Shown: positions 39,188 to 48,809 of the stretch, in pieces
Layout: each line of letters begins with the position of its first letter
Numbering within the stretch: position 1 is the stretch's first letter
Assembly: GCA_049322255.1 (NCBI GenBank)
Contig: JBMORE010000166.1
Coordinates: 1-64,000, forward strand
Direction: 5' to 3'
DNA from: Myxococcota bacterium
GTDB taxonomy: Bacteria; Myxococcota; Myxococcia; Myxococcales; Myxococcaceae
Length of the DNA: 64,000 nucleotides
Notes under the pieces: model-generated
Database searches by the model: none
Seen by the model: the letters and a program-made list of their open reading frames with translations, nothing else
What the model was told of the DNA's origin: nothing
Made by a program: the position numbers and the translations under genes

Positions 39188-41359
39188 ATGCCGCGCGCGC
39201 CGCTTCGCCTCGCCTTCTTCGTCTGTGCGTTCGCGCCCGTCGCCGTCTTCGCCGCCGACTACGAGACGGACATCGACATCGAGTCGGAGCAAGACCTCTA
39301 CGACCTGGCCACGCGGGGCGAAATCTCGGACGAGACTTTGCAAACCCTCGTCGAGCTTTTGCGCGATGGAGTGGAGCTCAACCGGGCCACCCGCGACGAG
39401 CTCTACGGTCTGCCCGGGCTGTCCTACGCCGAGGTGGAGGCGATTCTCCTCTACCGGCAGAAGGCGACGCGCATCGACGACCCGGCCCAACTGGTGGGCG
39501 CAGGAGCCCTCACCCCCGAGCAGCTTTCACGCATCGCTCCCTTTCTCGTCGTCGAGCCCGCGCAGACGCCGCTCCCGGTGTCCGGCCGTCTGCGCGCGGT
39601 GAGCGCCGTCTCCACCGCCGACCCGCTCGCCCCCCCGGGCTTTCTCCAGGCCCGCCTCAAGCTGCCCGCAGACCTCTCCGCCTCGGTGGTGCTCCTCTCC
39701 ACGCGCTACCGGCTGGGGCCAGTCATCCACGACACGGTGCGTGACGCGCTCGCCGCCGCCCCACCGGCCTACTCCTTGCGCGCCCCCAAGTTCTATCTGC
39801 AGTGGAAGCGGGCGGAACGGATGGCGGTGGCGGGCACCTTCCGCCTGGGGTTTGCCCAACGGCTCACCCTGGACAACACCACCCGGCAGACGCCCGACGG
39901 CATCTACCCCGACGATGTCGTGCTCATCGACGGCGATGACTTGACCAAAGGGTGCAAGCTCTCCGCCGGAGAGCTCTCCGATTCCCCCTGCGACGAAGCC
40001 GCGCGCAACACCTACGTCACCCCTGACTTCTTTGTGCGCGACGGTTTTCGCGGGCTGGCCGGCAGCCTGCGTGAGCTGGAGATAGGGGCGGGCAGAATCT
40101 CGCTATACGGCTTTGCCTCCTTCCAGTCGCGCTCGGTCTACCAGTACGAAATCTTCGACCGTCGCCGCTGTCCCGACCCGCGCGACGATGGGGACCCTGC
40201 CTGCGGTGCCCCGCAGGTATTCGTCCGCCAAGAAAACGCCTTCGCCCCCGCGGCGCGCTATTCCTTTCAGACCCTCCCCGACGCGTGGGACGAGCTGGCC
40301 AGCGGCGGGCGCATCGAGCTCAAAGCGGGGCAGCTCCGCCTGGGCACCACCGGTTATTACGCCGCTCCTTTTTGGAAAGTGGAAGGCATCGCCCTCGACT
40401 TCCAGGAGTGGGCCAAGTACCCCTTCGGAGGCTCCTTCGGCGCCGCCGGGGCAGACGGTGCGCTGCTTTTGGGCCCGTGGAGCTTTTTCCTCGAAGGAAG
40501 CAGAAGCTTCGACCGTCTGCCCGGAGGCGGCGGTGGTTTCGGCGTTTTGCAGCGCAGCGTCTTCTCCCCCAAACGGCAAGAGGTGGAGCTTTCCCTTCGC
40601 TACTACGACAAGAAGTTCGTCAACCCCTACGGCCGCCCCCTCTCCGGGCCCGACGAATTCCAAGGGCAGCGCGCGCGCAACGAGGCAGGGGTGCGGCTGC
40701 GCTACGATGGGCGGGCGATTCCCGATTGGCAGCTGCGCGGCAGCGTCGACTTCTGGGTGTGGCCGCAAGACGGTGACGCCCAGGGCACCGCCGGCCTGGC
40801 CAACCTCTACACCTTCGCCCGCGCCGACTTTCTGGGCTGGGAGCTGTTCTCCCCGGGAGTGTGGGTGGACTACCGCAATAAAGAATTGCGCCAGAACGGC
40901 GCCGGCCTCTGCTACGAAACCTCCACCGAGGAAAACGAGCTGGGCGAAGGCCTTCCCTGTTCGGGGGAGTTCTACCGGGTGGCGGCGCGGGTGCGTCTTT
41001 CCCCCGTGGGACCAGGGCTCACCGTCACCCTGCAATACCAACGCGCGTTCTTGGGCGACCCCAACTACCCCACCTCGCTGCGGCAAGACCAAGTGGTGTG
41101 GGGCGAAATCGCCATGCGACCGGCCGACTCGGTGCGCATGCGCGTCCGCTCCCGCTGGCTCTTCGAAGACGTGGAGGACAACACTCGCCTGGAAAACTCC
41201 CTGTGGAACACGCTCGATGTGACGTGGCTTGCCGCGGCCCAGTTCCACGCCCGGCTGCGCTACGATGTCTACGTCTATTTGGACCAGCGGGCCTCCACGG
41301 CCCTACGTCAACCCAAGCCGGAGCAGCGCTTCCGGCTCGAACTGGAGACCCGCTTCTAG
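39188..41359 (+). CDS. ComEA-like helix-hairpin-helix domain fused to a predicted outer-membrane beta-barrel
   Basis: Signal peptide; VELNRATRDELYGLPGLS..VEAILLYRQ; amphipathic strands; terminal FRLELETRF. Confidence 0.75.
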   Translation: MPRAPLRLAFFVCAFAPVAVFAADYETDIDIESEQDLYDLATRGEISDETLQTLVELLRDGVELNRATRDELYGLPGLSYAEVEAILLYRQKATRIDDPAQLVGAGALTPEQLSRIAPFLVVEPAQTPLPVSGRLRAVSAVSTADPLAPPGFLQARLKLPADLSASVVLLSTRYRLGPVIHDTVRDALAAAPPAYSLRAPKFYLQWKRAERMAVAGTFRLGFAQRLTLDNTTRQTPDGIYPDDVVLIDGDDLTKGCKLSAGELSDSPCDEAARNTYVTPDFFVRDGFRGLAGSLRELEIGAGRISLYGFASFQSRSVYQYEIFDRRRCPDPRDDGDPACGAPQVFVRQENAFAPAARYSFQTLPDAWDELASGGRIELKAGQLRLGTTGYYAAPFWKVEGIALDFQEWAKYPFGGSFGAAGADGALLLGPWSFFLEGSRSFDRLPGGGGGFGVLQRSVFSPKRQEVELSLRYYDKKFVNPYGRPLSGPDEFQGQRARNEAGVRLRYDGRAIPDWQLRGSVDFWVWPQDGDAQGTAGLANLYTFARADFLGWELFSPGVWVDYRNKELRQNGAGLCYETSTEENELGEGLPCSGEFYRVAARVRLSPVGPGLTVTLQYQRAFLGDPNYPTSLRQDQVVWGEIAMRPADSVRMRVRSRWLFEDVEDNTRLENSLWNTLDVTWLAAAQFHARLRYDVYVYLDQRASTALRQPKPEQRFRLELETRF

Positions 41360-41374
41360 GAGGAGCTCCCCCTC

Positions 41375-42490
41375 GTGCTTTGCCGCTTCGCCACCGTCAG
41401 CGTGCTCGCCACCGCGCTCGCCTTGGGCAGCTGCGGCACCACCCAGAGCGCCCGCCGCTACAAGAAGAGCGAGGCGGCGGCAGTCCTCAAGCGGCTCGAG
41501 GTGGTGGGGCTGGAGCTGGGGGTTTTCCCCTTCGACGGTGCCGCGGCGGTCATCGATGGCGACACCGTTCGGGTCAAGGGGCTGGACAACTCCTTGCGTC
41601 TTTTGGCCATCGACACCGAGGAGACCTTCAAGCAGGACTGGGAGAAGAAGGCCTTCGCCGGTGGATGGGAGTCGTACAAGAAACAGATGCGCGGCGACTC
41701 GCCTCGGCCGGTGAAGATGGCCACCCCGCTGGGGGAGGAGGCGAAAAAATGGGCGGAGGCCTTCTTCGAGGGGGTGAAGGAGGTCAAGCTGGAGCGCGAC
41801 CACCCGGGGGAAATTCGCGACTACTTCGGCCGCTACCTGGTCTACATCTTGGTGGAGAAGAACGGCCGCTGGCTCAACTACAACCTCGAGGCGGTGCACG
41901 CAGGGATGAGCCCCTACTTCACCAAGTACGGGCGCAGCCGCCGCTTCCACCGCGAGCTCGTCGAAGCGCAGCGCGCCGCCCGCGAGGCAGGCTTGGGCAT
42001 TTGGGACCCCCGCCGTCAGCACTACGACGACTACCCGGAGCGTCTGGCCTGGTGGGACGCCCGCGGAGACATGGTGGCGCGCTTCGAAAAGGAGATGGAG
42101 ACGCAAGACGACCACATCGCCCTCACCCGGTGGGACTCGATGCTCAAGCTGGAGCAGTTTTTGGGCAAGCAAGTCACTCTGTTGGGCGCGGTGAACGACA
42201 TCCGCATGGCCGACGGGGGGCCCACGGTGGTGAAGCTGGGCCGAAGCCGGGGCAACGACTTCGACGTCGTCTTCTGGGACAAGGACGTGGCCCTCGCCTC
42301 GGGAGTACTCTCCGCCCAGGGCGAGTACGTGAAGGTTCGCGGCATCGTGAACAAGTATCGGGACGAGTACCGCAACGTGGAGAGACTCCAGGTAGTGGTG
42401 GCCCTGCCCGGGCAGGTGGTCTTCCCCAGCGCGGAGCTGGAAAAACTCTTGGCCGACGACGAGGCGAAAACGCCCGTCGATGACGACTGA
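41375..42490 (+). CDS. Thermonuclease (SNase) lipoprotein with C-terminal OB-fold-like domain
   Basis: LGSC lipobox; IDGDT, RLLAIDTEE, DYFGRYL, AREAGLGIW. Confidence 0.88.
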   Translation: MLCRFATVSVLATALALGSCGTTQSARRYKKSEAAAVLKRLEVVGLELGVFPFDGAAAVIDGDTVRVKGLDNSLRLLAIDTEETFKQDWEKKAFAGGWESYKKQMRGDSPRPVKMATPLGEEAKKWAEAFFEGVKEVKLERDHPGEIRDYFGRYLVYILVEKNGRWLNYNLEAVHAGMSPYFTKYGRSRRFHRELVEAQRAAREAGLGIWDPRRQHYDDYPERLAWWDARGDMVARFEKEMETQDDHIALTRWDSMLKLEQFLGKQVTLLGAVNDIRMADGGPTVVKLGRSRGNDFDVVFWDKDVALASGVLSAQGEYVKVRGIVNKYRDEYRNVERLQVVVALPGQVVFPSAELEKLLADDEAKTPVDDD

Positions 42491-42510
42491 AAATCTCGTT
42501 GGGAGAAACG

Positions 42511-44187
42511 ATGAACCTGCGCGCCTTCACGGTGTTGACTCTGGCCCTGGGGGGAGCCGCCTGCAGCGGCCCTGCGAACAACGACACCACCTGCAAAGGC
42601 CACCTGGCCGGCGACTTGGTGGTCACCGAATTCATGAACGACCCGGAGGGAATCGACACCGGTAAGGAATACATCGAGCTGTACAACGCCACCGGCGAGG
42701 CCATCGACCTCAAGGGCTTCACCCTCTCCGCGGGGAAGACGGACGGCTCCCGCCCGAGCACCCACCTCATCCGCGAGGGCGTCATCCCTTCCGGGGGGTA
42801 CTTCGTGCTGGGCGACGTGCGCGAGGCCACCTTGCCCGCGCACGTGCACTACAGCTACGCCGACGGGCTCACCGCGCTGGGCAACACCGAGGGCCTCATC
42901 GGCGTTCGCTGTGGAGAGACGGTGCTCGACGAGGTGACCTACACCACCGCCGGCCAAGCGGCCCACGCGCGCACCCTCGATGGCGCGCTCGTTCCCAACT
43001 CGGTGCAGAACGACGACGAGAGCAAGTGGTGCGACGCGCAAGGGGAGTTTTCCCCCGGCAGCTTCGGCTCCCCCGGTTTTGCCAACGCCTCCTGTCCGCC
43101 CCCCGCGGGCAGCTGCACCGACCCGCTCACCCAGACGGCGCGGGCGGTGGTCAGCCCCAACGTGGGCGAGCTGGTCATCAGTGAGCTGATGGCCGACCCG
43201 GCTGCGGTAGCGGACACGGAGGGAGAGTGGTTCGAAGTCTTCGCCCGCGCCGACGTCGACTTGAACGGGCTCGAGCTTTCCAACGGAACTTCCAGCACCG
43301 TGGTGAGTGCAGCCGGCTGCCTGCGGGTGAGCGCCAACGGCTCGGCAGTCTTCGTGCGCAACCTCGACCCGGTGGTCAACGGAGGCATCTCCACCGCCGC
43401 CGCCACCTTCGGCTTCAGTCTCACCAACTCGGGGGGCACGCTTTCGGTGAAGAACGGAGCGGTGGTCATCGATAGTATCTCCTACACCTCATCGGCCAGC
43501 GGCATGGCCAGCCAGCTCGACCCCACCCGGCTGGATGCCACCGCGAACGACAGCGAAGCCAACTTCTGTCCCGCCACCGCCACCTATGGCGCCGGGGACA
43601 AGGGCACTCCGGGAGCGGCGAACTCCGCTTGCCAGGCGGTGGCCAACCCCGACCAGTGCATCGACGCGCTCACCAGCCAGCCCCGCGCCCTGGTGCGCCC
43701 AGCGGTGGGCGACTTGGTCATCACCGAGTACATGGCCAACCCCAGCGGCACCGACACCGGCAAGGAGTGGTTCGAGGTGTGGGTGAAGGCCGACGTCGAC
43801 TTGAACGGGGTGGAGGCGGTCAATGCCACCACCGGACGGGCGGCGGTGACTTCGGCCTCCTGCGTACGCCCGGGGGCCGACCAGTACGTGCTCTTCGCCG
43901 GCAACGCTGACGCCGCGGTGAACGGAGGGCTGCCGGCGGGGAAGGTGGTCGCCACCGTGCCCAACAACTTCTTGGTGAACACCAACGGGCGCATCACCCT
44001 GCGCACCGACGCCGGTACCCTCGACGAGGTGAGCTACGCCACCGTAGGAGACGGCATTTCCACCCAGCTGTCGTCGGATGGAGGGTTTTGTCAGACCTCG
44101 ACGGCGAGCACCTACGGCGGCGACCCCGACGCGGGCACTCCGGGCCAGCGGGGCACGCCCGGCCTTCCCAACGAGCTGTGCCCATGA
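42511..44187 (+). CDS. Lipoprotein with three lamin-tail (LTD) domains
   Basis: AAC lipobox; three G[DE]LV[VI][TS]E.M..P...E[YW].E repeats; G[ST]PG..N. Confidence 0.85.
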   Translation: MNLRAFTVLTLALGGAACSGPANNDTTCKGHLAGDLVVTEFMNDPEGIDTGKEYIELYNATGEAIDLKGFTLSAGKTDGSRPSTHLIREGVIPSGGYFVLGDVREATLPAHVHYSYADGLTALGNTEGLIGVRCGETVLDEVTYTTAGQAAHARTLDGALVPNSVQNDDESKWCDAQGEFSPGSFGSPGFANASCPPPAGSCTDPLTQTARAVVSPNVGELVISELMADPAAVADTEGEWFEVFARADVDLNGLELSNGTSSTVVSAAGCLRVSANGSAVFVRNLDPVVNGGISTAAATFGFSLTNSGGTLSVKNGAVVIDSISYTSSASGMASQLDPTRLDATANDSEANFCPATATYGAGDKGTPGAANSACQAVANPDQCIDALTSQPRALVRPAVGDLVITEYMANPSGTDTGKEWFEVWVKADVDLNGVEAVNATTGRAAVTSASCVRPGADQYVLFAGNADAAVNGGLPAGKVVATVPNNFLVNTNGRITLRTDAGTLDEVSYATVGDGISTQLSSDGGFCQTSTASTYGGDPDAGTPGQRGTPGLPNELCP

Positions 44188-44891
44188 ACCCCCCTCTCCC
44201 CCTGGGAGAGGGTAAGGGTGAGGGACGTGAGCTGGAAGGCAATCCAGCTCTCCTGAAACTTCAACAGCCGGGAGCGGGATCGGGAGCGGGAGCGGCTTCG
44301 GGCCCGGGGACGGGCCGGATTCACTGCGGTGGGAACGGCGACAGTCGCGCCGCGCACGTGCCCGGCAACGATCCCCGTACCCGGTCCCCTTCCCGCGAAC
44401 GAACCCGCTCCCGCTCCCGGCTGTTCAGCAAGAGCCCCTTCGTCTTGGCAGCGCTGCTGTGGACCGGCTGCTCCGCGCCGCCGTGCGGCCCCACCACCGG
44501 GGTGGTTGCCTCGGTCTCCGACGGGGACACCATCACCTTGGAGAGTGGAGAAAAAGTGCGCTACCTGATGGTGGACACCCCGGAGACCAGCGGCACCGCC
44601 GAGTGCTACGGCCCGGAAGCGCGCACATTCAACCAGTCACTGGTGGTCGGCCGCGCGGTGACATTGCGCTACGACCAAGAGTGCACCGACCGCTTCGAGC
44701 GGCTGCTCGCCTACGTCTCGGTGGACGGGCGGGAGGTGAACACCCTTCTCGTGGAGCGCGGCTTCGCCTGCGTGCTCCACCTGCCGCCCAACGGCGACGA
44801 CCGACTGGAGGAGTATCAGGCCCTCCAGGCCAAGGCCCAGTCCCAGAAGCAGGGCCTGTGGGGAGCGTGCGCGACCAGTCCTTGCGGCTGA
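44184..44891 (+). CDS. Second thermonuclease lipoprotein (start uncertain; repeats in frame at the 5' end)
   Basis: WTGC lipobox; SDGDT, RYLMVDTPE, DRFERLLAYV, GLWG. Confidence 0.85.
   Translation: MNPPLPLGEGKGEGRELEGNPALLKLQQPGAGSGAGAASGPGTGRIHCGGNGDSRAAHVPGNDPRTRSPSRERTRSRSRLFSKSPFVLAALLWTGCSAPPCGPTTGVVASVSDGDTITLESGEKVRYLMVDTPETSGTAECYGPEARTFNQSLVVGRAVTLRYDQECTDRFERLLAYVSVDGREVNTLLVERGFACVLHLPPNGDDRLEEYQALQAKAQSQKQGLWGACATSPCG
44192..44224. repeat. REP-like palindrome CCCTCTCCC-CCT-GGGAGAGGG-TAAGGGTGAGGG
   Basis: 9-bp hairpin plus tail; half copy at 21525-21545. Confidence 0.7.
44263..44425. repeat. Second hexamer-repeat hairpin element with 16-bp terminal inverted repeats
   Basis: AACAGCCGGGAGCGGG ... 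CCCGCTCCCGGCTGTT; interior motifs shared with 18588-18787. Confidence 0.8.
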
Positions 44892-44910
44892 GATTCGAAG
44901 AGCGTGCTCG

Positions 44911-46332
44911 CTACGGGTGGGCGACGTCGGCGGCGGTAAACCAGAGCGCTTGACCCGCGTTGACCGCGGCGCGCACCGACTTGTCGGCCTGACCCCAAGC
45001 AGAGAACAACGCGAGGTGCACCCGCGGCGCTCCGCCGAGCTCGGCGGCGATCAGGCCTGCCCGAGTGCGCAGAGCGGACAGGTCCTCCCTCGTGACCGCG
45101 CCGCACTTGCACTCGCCGACCAAAAGATCGCCGTGGGCATCGACCGCCACGATGTCGACTTGGTTTTGCGAGTGAGGATCCCACCACTCGCCGACCCGCA
45201 TCGGGTGAATGGGCAACCGCTCTGTGTGGCGTACGAACTGACGACACACCTCTTCAAAGACGGGACCCACGTGGGAAGAAAGGCGCGGTGCGATCGATTC
45301 CTTCCAGAGGCGATGGGGGGGAACCAAGCCGATGCTCCCCGCCTGGAGCAGAGGAGCGATTTCGCGGTGCCAGAAGGTGACGTAGGGGTCGCTGATCCGA
45401 TAGAGCGCGCGTTTTGAGCGCTGGGGCGCCTTTTCGGTCATCGGGACGATGCGCTCCACCAGCCCCATGTCCTCCAGCCAGCGCAAGGGTCGCAAGAGAG
45501 AGCCACCGGTCTGCCCCACACGTTTGGTGATGCCACTCCAGGTTTGCTCCCCGAGGGAGATGGCCTCGAGAATCGAGTAGTGGATTCGGGCGTCCGCAAG
45601 AAAAGCGTCGAGCATGTGCTGCGCGTTGTCCACCAGTGGCCCAGACGGATCGAGCAGGGCCTCACCGATGTTTTCGGTGAGCGAAACCTTCGGGTCGAGA
45701 ATGGCGAGGTTTCCGGGCAGGTTGCCGAACACGGCGTAGGCCTCGAGCTGTTCCCGAATGCCGTATTCGGGCAGGAATGCACGGGCGTCGGCGAAGGAGA
45801 ATGGACCGAAGAAAAGGCGAGACGTGCGGCGCCCGTACAGCGGTTGGTCGGGACCCTCGAGCGCGCGCATGGCGGTGACGAAAGAGCCGCTCAGGACCAG
45901 CTTGAACCGTCCATCCGCCCACGGATGATCCCAGGATTTTTGGAGGATGGATGGCAGAGCAGGGGTCGCGGAAACGAGGTAGGGAAACTCATCCAGCACC
46001 AGCAGAAAAGACCTGTTCTGCGTGCGCTCCGTCAGGTAGTCGAGCAACCTTTCCCACGAAGGAAAGGCGACCCCCTGGCGAAGCGCGGGATCGTCGAAGC
46101 GCTCGCCGACGAGGCGCGTGAGCTGTAAAAGCTGTTCGGCTTCCGTGCGCTTGGTTGCTTGGTAATACAGTCCTCCCACTTCCCGGGCGAAGCGGGACAG
46201 CACGAAGCTCTTTCCCACCCGGCGGCGGCCGAGGACGAAGACGAGCTGCGGGCGCCGGCGGCCCCACAGGGTGGCAAGGGTGCGCCATTCCGCGTCCCGG
46301 TCGTAGACATCTGAGGGTTTAGAGGGTTCCAA
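44911..46332 (-). CDS. Archaeal-type AAA ATPase with wHTH and DUF234/PD-(D/E)XK domain
   Basis: GRRRVGKS, LVLDEFPYL, LYGRRT, YRISDPYVTFW, VDIVAV..GECK. Confidence 0.88.
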   Translation of the reverse strand: MEPSKPSDVYDRDAEWRTLATLWGRRRPQLVFVLGRRRVGKSFVLSRFAREVGGLYYQATKRTEAEQLLQLTRLVGERFDDPALRQGVAFPSWERLLDYLTERTQNRSFLLVLDEFPYLVSATPALPSILQKSWDHPWADGRFKLVLSGSFVTAMRALEGPDQPLYGRRTSRLFFGPFSFADARAFLPEYGIREQLEAYAVFGNLPGNLAILDPKVSLTENIGEALLDPSGPLVDNAQHMLDAFLADARIHYSILEAISLGEQTWSGITKRVGQTGGSLLRPLRWLEDMGLVERIVPMTEKAPQRSKRALYRISDPYVTFWHREIAPLLQAGSIGLVPPHRLWKESIAPRLSSHVGPVFEEVCRQFVRHTERLPIHPMRVGEWWDPHSQNQVDIVAVDAHGDLLVGECKCGAVTREDLSALRTRAGLIAAELGGAPRVHLALFSAWGQADKSVRAAVNAGQALWFTAADVAHP

Positions 46333-46371
46333 CTTCTAAAGTTCCATTAATGGAAGTTCCAATAGTGGAAC
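46326..46371. promoter_or_regulatory. Three GTTCCA motifs at 15-bp period, two forming GTTCCA-N4-TGGAA palindromes
   Basis: GTTCCA at 46326, 46341, 46356; TTCCATTAATGGAA and GTTCCAATAGTGGAAC. Confidence 0.65.
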
Positions 46372-46421
46372 ATTTAACCGGGTTCGGTCAAGCCGACTGA
46401 TCACAGCAAGTCCGCCGTCGG

Positions 46422-46661
46422 TCAGCGACCGGAAGGTGGAGGAAGCGACGGAGGAGGAGGGGGCGGCGGGCTGAAGCGGCTGTGGCAAAAACTGGTCGTC
46501 GGAGTCGGTGGCTCCCCCGGACTAGGCGCGACGCCCTGGGTCGCCTGCCAGATCCGACGTTCACCCCAGCCACACCCGTCCATCGGCTGCACGTGCCACA
46601 ACGCGGCACCGACCCCTGCGGCAGCCGCTGCGACGATAGTGATCCATCCAATTCTTGCCAT
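46422..46661 (-). CDS. Possible small membrane protein
   Basis: N-terminal hydrophobic helix and Pro-rich tail; fills an intergenic space. Confidence 0.3.
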   Translation of the reverse strand: MARIGWITIVAAAAAGVGAALWHVQPMDGCGWGERRIWQATQGVAPSPGEPPTPTTSFCHSRFSPPPPPPPSLPPPSGR

Positions 46662-46784
46662 CGTTCAATCCCTTGGTGCGAGCAGGATCTACCATCAACG
46701 CGCGAGGTCGCGAAGTGAAGTTCAGTTTTGAGGAGTGGCCGTCTCTGGCGCTCGCGGCGGGTCCTGTGCATTGATGAGCGGGTG

Positions 46785-48155
46785 ATGCGCGTGAGACGTT
46801 TCGCGGGGCTCTGGCTAACGGCCGTCGCGGTTCTTCACGGCTGCAGCTGCGACGATGTCTGCGCCCGCGCGACTGGGTACGACGGTCAGCCAGATTCGGA
46901 AGGGCTTCCTGTCTTCCCGGGAGCGGAGGGATACGGAACGCGCACCCCGGCTGGGCGGGCGGGTCGAACGCTCTTCGTGGAGAACCTCAACGACGATGGT
47001 CCGGGTTCTCTGCGCGCCGCGCTGGAGTCCGACTTCCCGCGAACGATCCTGTTTCGCACCGGCGGCACCATCGAGCTCAGCCGGGATTTGGTCATCGCTT
47101 CCCCCTTCGTCACTGTCGCAGGACAAACGGCGCCCGGCCATGGCGTGACCTTGAAGAACGCGAGCTTGGTGATTCAGACGCACGATGTGCTCGTTCGCTA
47201 CCTGCGGGTTCGGCCGGGGGACGGAACGGGGCCCGCAGGCGAGGATCGCGATGGCATCAAGGTTCTCGGGAGGGACAGCGGTGGCGAGACGTACAACGTG
47301 GTCATCGACCACGTCTCGGTGAGCTGGGCCACGGATGAGAACATCTCCATCTGGTACGACGCCCACGACGTGACCGTCTCATCGTCCATCATCGCCGAGG
47401 GGCTGTACTACTCCATTCACCCCGAGAAGCCGCACTCGATGGGCCTCATCACTGGGCCTCAGGCCACGCGCATCAGCCTGCTGCGAAATCTGATGTTCAA
47501 CAACAATGCGCGCAACCCCTTCGTCACCGGCGGGGCGCTCCAGGTGGTGAACAACGTCATCGTCAACTGGGGCGTCCTCGGCACCGACGCGCGAGGCCGT
47601 GAGCAAAGCATCCACGCGAACATCGTTGGCAACAGTTATCTGCCTGGCGTGCGTACCAACCTCGGAGGAAGCCCGCTGCAGCTCTACTGCGAGAGCGACC
47701 AATACCATCTGTCAGGCAACGAGGGCCGTTTTCCGGACGGTTCCCTTCGCCGGGATTGGGAGCTGGTCACCGCGGGCGGCGGACTGACGAGCAGGGCGGG
47801 GCGAGCCGTCGACCTCTTTGCGGCTCCGCAGGCGACCGTGCTGTCCGCAGCGGAGGCGTTCGAGGCCGTCGTTGGCCAATCAGGCGCGCGCGTGCCGTTC
47901 ACCGACCCGGTGGACCAGCGCATCGTGGTCTCGACCCGCGGGCAGGAGGGCGAAGCCGTGAGCTCTCCCCAAGACGTGGGCGGCTACCCGAGCTTGGAGC
48001 CGGGAGCCGCTCCGTTGGATCGAGACTCCGACGGGATACCCGATGGCGACGACCGGTTGCCCGAAGACTCGGAGAACGCTCTTCGTGACTTGAATGGCGA
48101 TGGCTACAACGAGCTGGAGGAGTACATCGACGGTCTACTCCCCGGAGCGGGGTGA
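46785..48155 (+). CDS. Pectate lyase (PL1-like) lipoprotein
   Basis: FPGAEG.G, NLND.GPGSLR, AGQTAPG, IDHVSVSWATDE, ARNP. Confidence 0.85.
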   Translation: MRVRRFAGLWLTAVAVLHGCSCDDVCARATGYDGQPDSEGLPVFPGAEGYGTRTPAGRAGRTLFVENLNDDGPGSLRAALESDFPRTILFRTGGTIELSRDLVIASPFVTVAGQTAPGHGVTLKNASLVIQTHDVLVRYLRVRPGDGTGPAGEDRDGIKVLGRDSGGETYNVVIDHVSVSWATDENISIWYDAHDVTVSSSIIAEGLYYSIHPEKPHSMGLITGPQATRISLLRNLMFNNNARNPFVTGGALQVVNNVIVNWGVLGTDARGREQSIHANIVGNSYLPGVRTNLGGSPLQLYCESDQYHLSGNEGRFPDGSLRRDWELVTAGGGLTSRAGRAVDLFAAPQATVLSAAEAFEAVVGQSGARVPFTDPVDQRIVVSTRGQEGEAVSSPQDVGGYPSLEPGAAPLDRDSDGIPDGDDRLPEDSENALRDLNGDGYNELEEYIDGLLPGAG

Positions 48156-48178
48156 ACAAGAGGCGAACAACGCCCGAC

Positions 48179-48748
48179 TCAAAAGGCTACCCGAAGCGAG
48201 GGTTGAAGCACCCACGAGCCGCCCGACGTCCTGACCAGCGCCACCGTGGGCGTTGCCACCGTCTCCCCGCCCTTGAACAGCTCCATCGACAGCATGGCGC
48301 CCAGCGCGGCGAAGGCGGGGGCGGCGAACATCGCCAACAGCACCGCGGCTGCCTCGTCGTCGGGTGTCAATGAGCGGCCCAGCAACAGCCCCACGCCCAG
48401 GCCGGCGAGCTCGCCCACTGCGGCACCCGCGGCGGAGAGCAAGAGGCTGGTGACGAAGCCGCGCTGGGAGAGGTCGAAGAGGCCAAAGGCCCACGCCGGA
48501 CCGGCAGCGGCGAGCGCGGGAAGAAGGCCGATGAGGAGCACGTCGTTCGTGTCGGGCGGCAGGCTCACTCCTCCGCGGGGAAGGTTGAGGGCGATGCCGG
48601 CCAGAAGCCCAATGTAGCCGCCCGCCAGCCCCAGCCCCAGTTCGCCACCAGCGATGAGGAAGCTTGTGCTCTTCCTGGTTTCACTCACCCGGGAATGCTC
48701 GGTGGGACCAGCGGCGAGGTGGGCGGCGAGCAGGAGCGCGAGGGGCAT
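48179..48748 (-). CDS. Hypothetical membrane protein
   Basis: Several Gly/Leu-rich TM helices from MPLALLLAAH. Confidence 0.6.
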   Translation of the reverse strand: MPLALLLAAHLAAGPTEHSRVSETRKSTSFLIAGGELGLGLAGGYIGLLAGIALNLPRGGVSLPPDTNDVLLIGLLPALAAAGPAWAFGLFDLSQRGFVTSLLLSAAGAAVGELAGLGVGLLLGRSLTPDDEAAAVLLAMFAAPAFAALGAMLSMELFKGGETVATPTVALVRTSGGSWVLQPSLRVAF

Positions 48749-48809
48749 AGGCGCGCAGCATACCTGGTGGGTGCCGATTTCGAGCGCTGACGAGCCGGAA
48801 GCGTGGAGC

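Noticed and set aside
46341..46371. Additional parS sites
   Set aside because: Half-sites are spaced by 4 nt and lack the central CG of parS
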